64,000 bases of DNA. Source: an uncultured bacterium. Lineage in GTDB: Bacteria > Oederibacteriota > PGYV01 > CAWJRG01. Below, one piece after another: positions 18,454 through 27,323 of the stretch; position 1 is the first letter of the stretch, and each line of letters starts with the position of its first letter. The stretch spans positions 256,001 to 320,000 of the forward strand of contig CAWJRG010000005.1 of the NCBI GenBank assembly GCA_963845185.1, read 5' to 3'. Both the position numbers and the translations under genes were made by a program. Below the pieces are notes generated by a model, which saw only the letters and a program-made list of their open reading frames with translations, did not search any database and was not told the origin of the DNA.

Positions 18454-18482
18454 ATTATATATCCTATTATCCTGATTGTCAA
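18454..18482 (-). promoter_or_regulatory. Consensus sigma70 promoter TTGACA-N17-TATAAT
   Basis: Perfect match on the minus strand upstream of 16588..18258. Confidence 0.8.
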
Positions 18483-18542
18483 GACTGTCTAAAAATTTGT
18501 ATTACGTTCCTAAAAGTGATATAAAAATATGTCTATAATAAC

Positions 18543-18576
18543 AAAACCCCGGTTGCTGAAAAACAACCGGGGTTTT
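18543..18576. terminator. Intrinsic terminator
   Basis: AAAACCCCGGTTG-N8-CAACCGGGGTTTT after 18608..20068. Confidence 0.85.
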
Positions 18577-18607
18577 ATATTGCGAAAGCTTTAAAAAATA
18601 TGCTTAT

Positions 18608-20068
18608 TTAAAACGCGTACTTTGCCGAAATCTGGGAAGCTATTGAGCCCGGCATTTTCAAGTTCAGGCTGCCGATATTGGCTACAGGAAGCCAGTCCGC
18701 ATTGATTCCGCCTGTAATCGTCGCGTCAATTGTGGCTGCTCCCACTTTGATTGAAACGCCGCCTGACATATTTACGGAATTGTTAAATCCAAAGTCCATT
18801 GTCATTTTTGGCGCCGGATTATGTGTTACCCCGCCGGTGACTGTCTGTGTTTGTTGCAGGCTGACGCTGTTTATCAAGTTCTTGCTCAAGCCGCCTCTTA
18901 CAACCAGCGCGTCATTGAGTTTTCCTTCTGCTGCAACATAAAGCGGTATGCTTACAACCGACATGTCAATTTCCTCATTGTCCACAACTGTGCCAGGATT
19001 TACCAGCGTATACTTGTATGTTTCTTTTGCTGATGCATAATCAATGGCTAATCCCGGAATTAGTGTCACTTTATCATTTAAGGCAAGATTTGACCCAGCG
19101 CCGAAGTTTATTCCGATCAAACTGCGTGTATCGACTTCTTTATCATTGGTATCGAGCGCGCTTGTAAAATTTCCATCGTAAGGAAAATCACCATCAAGCT
19201 GCTGAGTATCTGTTGTCTGCATATTATCAAACGTAAAACCAAGGCCGACAATAATAGGAGCAACAATAGACGCAAGGTTTGCCCTTGCGTTTAATCCAAA
19301 ATCTATACCGGAATTTGATTGTAAGGTTTCCGACTGAAAAAGATCTTTGTTTGCGTAATTAGTATCTGTCCCTTTATTGTTGATCATTGGCAATGAAATT
19401 GAAATGCCTAAATCAACCATATGCACGCTTAAACCCAATCCCAGATTAATTGCCGTTGACCCGTTTGAAAAATTTTCAAGGGTTCCGTTATTGCCCGCCG
19501 GGTTTGTTAAACTGTTTTTTTCGCTCTGGGAACTGTCCGCAAGGCCCAGCATAATGCCTGCCGACATTACTCCCAGCCCAATATCCGGGATCTTCATCCC
19601 ATAAAGCAGCCCATAGGACCTGTCAGGCGTAAGTATTGTGTGCGGGTCCTCCCCAAGATTACTGGTAATAAACCCGGCTCCAAGGCTCATCATATTCGGC
19701 GGCATTAAGAGCGAACCCTTGTAAGGCAGCGCAAATACGCCAATCACGCTTTTCTCAAGACTGAGCGTGATATATCCGCTGTCCGGAGTTGTTACCTGCT
19801 GAATAATTGAAGCGTTAATACCGCCCCCTGTCATTTCGGTATACAGCAAATTAATCGTGCCCATTGTGTCCAGGCTTACCGAAGAATTTGAGTTTACTGC
19901 AATCAGGTCTTTGTAGTTCACTGCCTGGCCAGGAAATGTAGCGATTAAAGAATCATCAGAGCTTACCATCCACGCAGGCACGCCAAGCCCGGCTATTCTT
20001 GAATTCGTCGCAAAAACCATTCCGCAAAAAGCCAAAACAACCGCAATAACCAATAAAGTTTTTTTCAT
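18608..20068 (-). CDS. Putative outer-membrane beta-barrel protein
   Basis: AGGAGG RBS, signal peptide, Gly-rich amphipathic strands, ends ISAKYAF. Confidence 0.75.
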   Translation of the reverse strand: MKKTLLVIAVVLAFCGMVFATNSRIAGLGVPAWMVSSDDSLIATFPGQAVNYKDLIAVNSNSSVSLDTMGTINLLYTEMTGGGINASIIQQVTTPDSGYITLSLEKSVIGVFALPYKGSLLMPPNMMSLGAGFITSNLGEDPHTILTPDRSYGLLYGMKIPDIGLGVMSAGIMLGLADSSQSEKNSLTNPAGNNGTLENFSNGSTAINLGLGLSVHMVDLGISISLPMINNKGTDTNYANKDLFQSETLQSNSGIDFGLNARANLASIVAPIIVGLGFTFDNMQTTDTQQLDGDFPYDGNFTSALDTNDKEVDTRSLIGINFGAGSNLALNDKVTLIPGLAIDYASAKETYKYTLVNPGTVVDNEEIDMSVVSIPLYVAAEGKLNDALVVRGGLSKNLINSVSLQQTQTVTGGVTHNPAPKMTMDFGFNNSVNMSGGVSIKVGAATIDATITGGINADWLPVANIGSLNLKMPGSIASQISAKYAF

Positions 20069-20199
20069 TGTTTCCTCCTTTTGTTTTGAGATAAATTACT
20101 TCAGGTCATTTTCTTTGATTCACACCTCCCTTCATAGCTTTAAATTCCTCTATTCCTTTTGGAATAAAAATATTACTGGCTAAGCCCCAGGGACTTTTA

Positions 20200-21159
20200 T
20201 TACAGCTGCAACTCAAGCGAAAGTATGTGTGTGTTGTCGAAAACACCCACGCCGTTCCAAAAAACCGGCCTGTATGTGTAATTAACTGAAACAATGCCGA
20301 ATTCAAACTGCGTAATGGACAGCCCTACGCCCAGTGATATAAAAGACGGTGATTTTAAATCCAGGTTCAAAGTGTATCCTGCCCTGAGAAAAAATATTTT
20401 TGCTACGCCGTCTTCAAGTCCGAACGCAACCTGGCCGGTGTCGTAAAAATCCTGGATATAATCAACATCCACAAGCAATAAATTATTTTTCTGCAAATCT
20501 ATCTTATAAGCCGCGCCGAGGCGCAGTGTCAGCGGCAGCGGTTCGCTGTCCTTTATCAGCGTTACCGGCATGCCTAAATTCTGGAGCACAGCTCCGAATT
20601 TAAGGTTTGAACCCGGCGGCGTAAGCTGGGCCCCCAGATCAAGAGCGTAAGCCGTAAGAGGATATATGCCGATATTCTCGTAAATTATTTTCAGGTTCAT
20701 TCCCACGTCAATGTTTTTATTGAAATCCCCGGGAAGAAAATAATCAAGCTTCGACGCATAGGTTCCCGCAAGCACAAAATCATAATAATTTACCGGCGCA
20801 TCGGTGGCATTTTCGTTTGATATTGTCGGCATATACCTGTAAACCCCTGAAATGCCCACTTTGCCTTCTACAAAAAAGTTTTCAAGGCTTTGCGCGTACG
20901 ATATATTGTGCACGCCAATATCGGCGAAAGAAAACCAGTACATGTACTGCATTTGTATTTTTGTTATATCGGCAATGCCTGCCGGATTGTAATTTATGGA
21001 TTCGACATCGTTGCCAGCGGCAGTATACGCGCTTCCCATGCCTGTTGCCCTGCCGCCGACCGCGACATTTAAAACGTCCCCTATTGTGGTGCCTGCGGCG
21101 TATATGTTGACGGATATGAGGATGATGGCCATGCCTGCGACTAATGTTTTAACTTTCAT
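20200..21159 (-). CDS. PorV/PorQ-like (UPF0164) outer-membrane beta-barrel
   Basis: LNVAVGGRATGMGSAYTAAGND...YNPAG, QNLG...LPLTLRLG, LRAGY. Confidence 0.85.
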   Translation of the reverse strand: MKVKTLVAGMAIILISVNIYAAGTTIGDVLNVAVGGRATGMGSAYTAAGNDVESINYNPAGIADITKIQMQYMYWFSFADIGVHNISYAQSLENFFVEGKVGISGVYRYMPTISNENATDAPVNYYDFVLAGTYASKLDYFLPGDFNKNIDVGMNLKIIYENIGIYPLTAYALDLGAQLTPPGSNLKFGAVLQNLGMPVTLIKDSEPLPLTLRLGAAYKIDLQKNNLLLVDVDYIQDFYDTGQVAFGLEDGVAKIFFLRAGYTLNLDLKSPSFISLGVGLSITQFEFGIVSVNYTYRPVFWNGVGVFDNTHILSLELQL

Positions 21160-21228
21160 TTAAACTCCTTATCTTTAACTACCCGGTCTTAAGTATTTCA
21201 ATTAAAAATCTAAATTCTAGAATCAAAA

Positions 21229-21918
21229 TTATTTCAGTTTTCTGTAAAGCTTGAATAATTCCTTAAATGCCCTTAATATGACTTTTATCTTCGCGCCGGT
21301 CTGTGCTCCTGCCGTCCGCGGATAATGGTGAACTCCCACTTCCTTTATTTTATAACCCATCTTATTTGCCTTTGCCAGCAGTTCGGTTGAAATCATGGCG
21401 CCCTCAGCCTCAGGCTTTGCCCTGTCTATTATTTCTTTTTTAAAAAGCTTGAAAGCGCAGTCAACATCCCGCACCTTGAAACGGAAAAGCAGCTTAACCA
21501 TGGTGCCCCACGCGAAAGCGTTCAGCTTCCTCATAAAAGAATCTGCCCTTTTTATCCGGTATCCGGCTATGAAATCCGCTTCATTCGTGTATTTAGCGAG
21601 CTCTTTGATTTCATTGACGTCAAACTGCCCGTCGCCGTCGGTAAAAAATACCCATTCCAGCCTTGCGCCGTATAAACCCGATTTAACCGCTGCGCCGTAA
21701 CCCTTGTTTGTTTCGTGGTTTATGACCCTTATTTTGGGGTTTTCCTTTGCGAGCGCTTCGGCTATCTCGCGTGTCCTGTCCTTTGAGCCGTCATTTACAA
21801 CAATAACCTCATAGTCACTGCATATTTCAGAAAGGACTTTCGCTGTTTTTCTTGTGAGTGCCTCTATGTTTGCTTCTTCGTTATGCGCCGGAAAAAACGC
21901 TGAAATCTGCAAGCCCAT
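21229..21918 (-). CDS. GT2 glycosyltransferase, DPM1-like polyprenol-phosphate sugar synthase
   Basis: PAHNEEANI, VNDGSKD, NKGYGAA, TDGDGQFD, DVDCAFKLF, HYPRTAG. Confidence 0.85.
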   Translation of the reverse strand: MGLQISAFFPAHNEEANIEALTRKTAKVLSEICSDYEVIVVNDGSKDRTREIAEALAKENPKIRVINHETNKGYGAAVKSGLYGARLEWVFFTDGDGQFDVNEIKELAKYTNEADFIAGYRIKRADSFMRKLNAFAWGTMVKLLFRFKVRDVDCAFKLFKKEIIDRAKPEAEGAMISTELLAKANKMGYKIKEVGVHHYPRTAGAQTGAKIKVILRAFKELFKLYRKLK

Positions 21919-21952
21919 TATATTTCCACCTTAATTGAAAATTGATAATTAT

Positions 21953-23254
21953 TCACTTTTCTTTCAATATTATACCGCTTACTTCATTCGCAACCCTTAT
22001 GCTGTAGCTCATTCCCCTGTCCTCGGGATACACCTGGCTCATATTCGCTATGTACAGGTTTTTTACCGGCGTCCTGTAATCAAGCTTTATTTTCGAATAT
22101 TCCTTTTCAATCACAGGCTGGCTGAACGGCTCCCTGAACACCCTCCACTCTATAACGTCATTCGGGTCAAACTTGGGATTTATCTGCTTGAGGTACGCAA
22201 AGAAAATTTCCTTAACTTCCTCGTTTGGGGCCTTGTAAAGCGCGTCATCCGTTGACAGGTATTTTCCTAGGTAAATAATCACATTGTTGTTGTAGTGTTC
22301 CTTCGGCATGAAATTTGTATGCTCCACCGCCGCCACAAAAGGCGACTGCCTGTCGCCTATGTTCAGCCAGTATATCTTGCTCAATGATTTTTTTACGGCC
22401 ATGACAAGGTTCAGCGCGCCGTAATACTGGATTTTGCCCAGCCGCTCCATGTAGGCTGTGTCCGGGAATTCCACCATGTGTTTAATAAGAGCCGGCGCGC
22501 AGGTAAGGATGATTTTATCAAACTTGTATTCCCTGCCCCTTGCCTCCAGTCCGACGGCAGTTCCGTTTTCGATGAAAACCCTGTTGCCGGAAACTCCTTT
22601 TAAAATCGATACCCCCTGCTTTATATTGACGGATTCCAGCTCGTCTATGAGCGTTTGGAATCCGTCAAGAATATAGCCCAGGACTTCTTTTGTGCCTCCC
22701 TTTTCGCGCGAAGCAAAGCGCGCATGAATCCTGCCGTAAAGCCAGGCCATTGCGATATCTTTTGCCTTGTCGCCGAACTTCTGCTCAAGCAGAGCCCCCC
22801 ACACGACCTTATATACTTTTTTGCCTATATATTTTTCTATCCATTCTTTTACTGTTATCTTCTCGTATTTTTTCCAGTTTTTTACCCTGGCGAGGTATAC
22901 CGTCATTAACCCGAGCTTTATCCTGCTGATTATAGACAAAGGGGAAAACAGCATCAAGTCCATAGGCGTGGTAAAATTATGAATTTTCCCCTTATAGTAA
23001 AATCCGACTTTTGACTCTATCCACCAGAGTTTGTCGGTAAGTCCTAATTCGTCCACCAGTTTTATGATATCAGTATCGCTTTTAAAAATATGCCGGTAAA
23101 ATTTGTCGAGCCTTGATCCGGCGAGCGTGAAACCCTGCGCAAGTCCGCCAAGCTCAATGTTGGACTCAAAAATAGTTACTTTATGCCCGGCGCCCGAAAG
23201 CCGGTATGCCGCCGTAAGGCCAGCTATGCCTCCTCCGACAATAGCAATATTCAT
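21953..23254 (-). CDS. FAD-dependent oxidoreductase (amine oxidase/protoporphyrinogen oxidase-like fold)
   Basis: IAIVGGGIAGLTAA Rossmann motif, LGGLA, FYRHIF, C-terminal YPEDRGM. Confidence 0.85.
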   Translation of the reverse strand: MNIAIVGGGIAGLTAAYRLSGAGHKVTIFESNIELGGLAQGFTLAGSRLDKFYRHIFKSDTDIIKLVDELGLTDKLWWIESKVGFYYKGKIHNFTTPMDLMLFSPLSIISRIKLGLMTVYLARVKNWKKYEKITVKEWIEKYIGKKVYKVVWGALLEQKFGDKAKDIAMAWLYGRIHARFASREKGGTKEVLGYILDGFQTLIDELESVNIKQGVSILKGVSGNRVFIENGTAVGLEARGREYKFDKIILTCAPALIKHMVEFPDTAYMERLGKIQYYGALNLVMAVKKSLSKIYWLNIGDRQSPFVAAVEHTNFMPKEHYNNNVIIYLGKYLSTDDALYKAPNEEVKEIFFAYLKQINPKFDPNDVIEWRVFREPFSQPVIEKEYSKIKLDYRTPVKNLYIANMSQVYPEDRGMSYSIRVANEVSGIILKEK

Positions 23255-23388
23255 TATAAATTATGCTCCTCTTTGTTTTGAAATTTGTTGGCTTAGAGAA
23301 GTATATCACAGGAGTTTAGATAGTCAATTGCAAAGATATATTATAAGATTTTCTTTTGGACTTTTATTTTTTTGAACATTTAATTATA

Positions 23389-24069
23389 TTATTTGAGTTT
23401 TAAAGCAGGCTTTTTCCCCAGGATGTAAACCTTTACTTTTTTTCTTCCCCATCTCAACGCCTCAGGCGTGCTGTTATAGCAAAGGTCTATCCTTTTGCCT
23501 TTTATATCTCCCCCTGTATCGCCTGCCCACGCGAAGCCGTACCCGTCCACGTATATCAGCGACCGCAGGGGTATTACCCTGGGGTCCACGGCCGCAATGC
23601 CGTATCTCGCCCTCCAGCCAAGGAATGTAGTGCCTGCCCAGTCAAGCTGTCCCGAATCCGGGTAAGGGTCATAACCTGTGGCTTCCATGGTAAAGACGTC
23701 ATGCATGTAAGTGACCTGCGGCGCGTTTATCGGGCATTTTTTGTCTGATGCGCCCCTTATCAGATAAGCTTCTTCCGGCTTTTTTAATATGCCTGTTTCG
23801 AATTTCTCGGCGCTTTTTAAGATTTTCCCGGCAAAAGAAAATTTCTCCTTTACCGCGTTTTTATATCCTTTCACGCCTTCTTTAATCCATATCAGCCAGC
23901 CCTTCTGCGCGTAATTGCTTTTTCTTTCGTTTACCTTGAATTGTATATATTCCTTTTCCACAGAGGAATATTTATTTATCCCGAAAGAAAAAATTACCCC
24001 CAGGAACCACGCGCAAAAAAGAACCACAGCTGTTATTTTCATTGTTTCAAGGTATTTCCCCGTTGTCAT
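23389..24069 (-). CDS. 3D-domain cell-wall protein
   Basis: MEATGY, IAAVDPRVIPLRS, AGDTGGDIKGKRIDL; N-terminal membrane anchor. Confidence 0.88.
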   Translation of the reverse strand: MTTGKYLETMKITAVVLFCAWFLGVIFSFGINKYSSVEKEYIQFKVNERKSNYAQKGWLIWIKEGVKGYKNAVKEKFSFAGKILKSAEKFETGILKKPEEAYLIRGASDKKCPINAPQVTYMHDVFTMEATGYDPYPDSGQLDWAGTTFLGWRARYGIAAVDPRVIPLRSLIYVDGYGFAWAGDTGGDIKGKRIDLCYNSTPEALRWGRKKVKVYILGKKPALKLK

Positions 24070-24081
24070 TTATATCTCCCT

Positions 24082-24244
24082 GCAAGAGTTTATTTTGCAA
24101 GCCTTCAGGGCGCAGCAAAATATTACTCTTGCATGCACCCGCTCAAGTCCGAGGCCTTCAGGCCGAGAGTCAAATAGTCCAGTGGACTATTTGACGGGTA
24201 GTTTCCGTAAATTATTATCATATAAAACTACCCTAAAGCGGTGA
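24082..24244. repeat. Composite REP-like repeat, filled counterpart of 2464-2561
   Basis: GCAAGAGTTTATTTTGCAA...GCAGCAAAATATTACTCTTGC.TGCACCCG is shared with 2466-2525. Confidence 0.8.
24168..24235. mobile_element. Two-hairpin mini-element copy D
   Basis: GTCAAATAGTCC-agt-GGACTATTTGAC-GGGTAGTTT...AAACTACCC. Confidence 0.78.
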
Positions 24245-24269
24245 TATTATATTCCCGTCTTAAAACTCT

Positions 24270-27200
24270 TTATTGCCTTATCAGAAATATTTTCCCGAGA
24301 TAATTGCTTTTATTGTTGTCCCATGATATCACAAAATAATAAATTCCTGCTGAAACATCGATATTGTAAGCGTTCTTACCGTCCCAGTCAACATGCGAAT
24401 TGATTTCCTTGAAAGACTTCACTTCCTCCCCCGATACCGTGTAAATCAGCACCTGCGAACCCGCCGGAAGATTGTCGAATTTGAGCCTGTGATTATAGGC
24501 TGTGTTCGGGTTAAACGGGTTCGGGTATATGACTATGTCCCCTACGCTGATAGTCAGCGAACCGCATATAAAATTCCTGTCCTGGTTAAAAGCGACATCA
24601 TGATACGATCCTGTCAGGCCGCCTATTGTTATGGTGTCGCCTGTCACCAGGTTATTGCTCGTCTGCAGGGTAAAATATATTGTTGTGCTTCCGCCTGCGG
24701 CCAAATTGCCCACGTCATAACTGAAGACATTGCCGTTAAGTGTCCAGCCGGCATTTCCCGGGTCAGTTGTCGAAAAGCTTGTATTCGCCGGCAGGGTGTC
24801 CCAGATTATCACGTTTGATGCCTGTGAACCCGGATTTGTTATAACAACCATAAGCTGCACGGGCCCGCCGGGCATTGTTGAGTAATTCACTGCCTGCAGT
24901 ACCATGGTAGGCATGGCAGGCACCGGCGATGGTGTTGCGGTAACCGTAGCGGTATCTGTAACCGTATAGGTCGCGGTGGAAGTCGGGGTTATTGTTGCAG
25001 TCGCTGTAATAGTAGGGGTATTTGTAGCTGTATAGGTTGCGGTGGAAGTAGGGGTTATTGTATATGTTGGAGTTATTGTCGGCGTATCCGTGGGCGACAA
25101 TATCGGCGTATTGGTGCTGGTCTGCGTAATTGTAAGAGTTGGCGTATCCGTAACTGTATTTGTGTATGTTGCCGTCTGTGTAGAAGTGTCTGTACCAGAA
25201 GGCACAGGTGACGGAACTATGCACGACACATTGAATATTGTCTGGTTTGAGAATATAGGCGCGCCAGTACCGGATAACCCGCCCACATTCGTGAAACTCT
25301 GGCTGCATGCATTCGTAGTTGCCCACCATGTGTATGAGCCGCTCTGGTCTCCCACAGTTCCCAGGTTCCAGCTGACCATTGGACTTGTAGTTCCTGCGGC
25401 CGGATTTGAACCTGAGTATGTCAATCCTGTTGGTAAGGTATCGTACAATACCGCGTTTGCCGATAAACTCGTTGGCGATGACAGGGAAAAATTATTATAT
25501 GAGTCCTGCGTTGTGCCGTCATTGTTATTGCCCTGCTCGCCCAAGCCAGGCCTCCAGTCTGAACTGTTCCCGCCGTGGTCAGGGCATTCCCAGTTTGGGT
25601 CTGTGTTTGATGTGGTATCGGTCCAATCTAACTGGTATGCAGTGGGCTCTGCCGTATTCACCGGCCATATTTTTGCCTGGAAACGAAATCCGTTATTGCT
25701 AACCAGTATTTTTATCCTGTACCATGTATTGCCCGTTATTACAAGACTTCCCGGATTCACATTAGCCGGCCAACTACAGCCTCCGCCGCCGCATTTTTGT
25801 ATGCCAACATATCCGCCAGCTGGAAAAGTGTCTATTGATAAAAGTAATGAATACGCGTACCCGGCAGCGCCGGACTTCCCGTTACTGCGGATTGTTATGA
25901 GGGCGTCTGAACCAACAAAATTACCCGGGTTTATCATTACATCTGATTCTATTATCCCTGAATCGCAAAGCTGTACGTTGTCCGTGTTTCCTGAAGCGTC
26001 ATCCAATAGCAAAGAAGGGTATTTTGATGCGCTTGATACGCTGCCTGTTATTATTTTATCTCCTGTATTGCAAGCGTCGCTTATTGTCCATGTTCCATAC
26101 TGCCCGCTGCCGTTGCCGTCCGGAATCATTTTCCATCCAGGCGGCGGCGCTGCAGGGTTCGTGTAAGCGCCCAAATTATTGTCGTCAAACGTCCTCACTG
26201 CCTTCAATGAATCGCCGCTTATATTGTAGTTTAAATAATAAGTTATTGTTACCACGTCGGTCGGCGCTTTTACAAAAGTGCTTACGCTCTGCAATTTCGT
26301 CAGCGACATAGCCACATTTCCCACTGTGATTGAAGTTGATGCGTTGCTGTTGTTTGACCCGCTTGTGCCGGTGGCAGAGTTTGTCACGACTATACCCGGA
26401 GCTATTGCCGTGGACATGCTCAGCAGCATCCACACGCTGCCTGTAGCTGTGTATACCGAGCTTGGGAATGTCCATACGATGTTGCCTGATGTCGAGCCTA
26501 CAGGCGGCGCGGTTACAGTGCCTGTGCCGGGCATGGGGTTCGGGCCGTAATCTACCAGCGCCAGGCTGCCCCCGCCAGGTATGGCGTCGGTTATTTGCAA
26601 CGGGCCGTTTCCGTATGTATAATTAATTGAAAAAAATACCAGGTCTCCCACGTTCTGGAGCGTGCCCTCCACGCTCTTGGAAATGCTTACCGTATCCAGC
26701 GGCGGGATTGGAAGCGGCATAGTCAGTGTATATTGGCTCGAGCTGCATAAGCCTGTCCAGTCGCTGCCCTGCATCTCGTAATTTTTGCATCCTACATGCA
26801 GGTATAAACTGGTCGCGCTGCATCCTGCCTGGCCCAGTTCGCTCGGCTCCGGCATTGTAAGGTTGAATTGCTGCGTAAGAATTGCGCCGTCATCTGAACC
26901 AGAACCGCATGTCATGCATGTAAGCGTGACGCCATACCCCGGTCCGGTACCTGCAGATATTGCTATGCCTAACGAGCCTGATGTCGGATTCGTGGTATGC
27001 GCGTCAATGCCGCTGTTGCTGACAAGGAATACCTGGCCGCCTGTGTTGGGCGGAATAAAAGACGAGTTGGTCCCTATGGCAATTGCCATGACTGCCGGAT
27101 TGACATATTGTCCCACGCAATACTGGATTGTGATGTTGAACTGCTGTCCCCATCCGGGATTTGTAGGATTTATGCTGACCGAAACAATTGAAGGGTCTCC

Positions 27201-27275
27201 CGCGTATGCTGCGTCCGCGTAAAAAAATATTGATATCATTAACATAAAAAATAATAATATTTTATATTTCATCAT
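24270..27275 (-). CDS. Secreted surface protein: Cys-rich tip, DUF11-like domains, lectin-like insert, short Thr stalk, extra DUF11-like domain, T9SS-like CTD
   Basis: Signal peptide, [29 protein letters not shown] motifs, C-terminus IYPNPFNP...IYTVSGEEV...WDGKN...SAGIYYF. GGAGG favours a start at 27272/27275 over 27296. Confidence 0.85.
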   Translation of the reverse strand: MMKYKILLFFMLMISIFFYADAAYAGDPSIVSVSINPTNPGWGQQFNITIQYCVGQYVNPAVMAIAIGTNSSFIPPNTGGQVFLVSNSGIDAHTTNPTSGSLGIAISAGTGPGYGVTLTCMTCGSGSDDGAILTQQFNLTMPEPSELGQAGCSATSLYLHVGCKNYEMQGSDWTGLCSSSQYTLTMPLPIPPLDTVSISKSVEGTLQNVGDLVFFSINYTYGNGPLQITDAIPGGGSLALVDYGPNPMPGTGTVTAPPVGSTSGNIVWTFPSSVYTATGSVWMLLSMSTAIAPGIVVTNSATGTSGSNNSNASTSITVGNVAMSLTKLQSVSTFVKAPTDVVTITYYLNYNISGDSLKAVRTFDDNNLGAYTNPAAPPPGWKMIPDGNGSGQYGTWTISDACNTGDKIITGSVSSASKYPSLLLDDASGNTDNVQLCDSGIIESDVMINPGNFVGSDALITIRSNGKSGAAGYAYSLLLSIDTFPAGGYVGIQKCGGGGCSWPANVNPGSLVITGNTWYRIKILVSNNGFRFQAKIWPVNTAEPTAYQLDWTDTTSNTDPNWECPDHGGNSSDWRPGLGEQGNNNDGTTQDSYNNFSLSSPTSLSANAVLYDTLPTGLTYSGSNPAAGTTSPMVSWNLGTVGDQSGSYTWWATTNACSQSFTNVGGLSGTGAPIFSNQTIFNVSCIVPSPVPSGTDTSTQTATYTNTVTDTPTLTITQTSTNTPILSPTDTPTITPTYTITPTSTATYTATNTPTITATATITPTSTATYTVTDTATVTATPSPVPAMPTMVLQAVNYSTMPGGPVQLMVVITNPGSQASNVIIWDTLPANTSFSTTDPGNAGWTLNGNVFSYDVGNLAAGGSTTIYFTLQTSNNLVTGDTITIGGLTGSYHDVAFNQDRNFICGSLTISVGDIVIYPNPFNPNTAYNHRLKFDNLPAGSQVLIYTVSGEEVKSFKEINSHVDWDGKNAYNIDVSAGIYYFVISWDNNKSNYLGKIFLIRQ

Positions 27276-27323
27276 TCCTCCCGGACTTGCTTTCATCCTG
27301 ACACCGCCAAAAAATGACTAAAC

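Noticed and set aside
18486..18492. Plus-strand TGTCTAA as a sixth ECF promoter
   Set aside because: No AACTT element 14 nt upstream and no plus-strand gene downstream.
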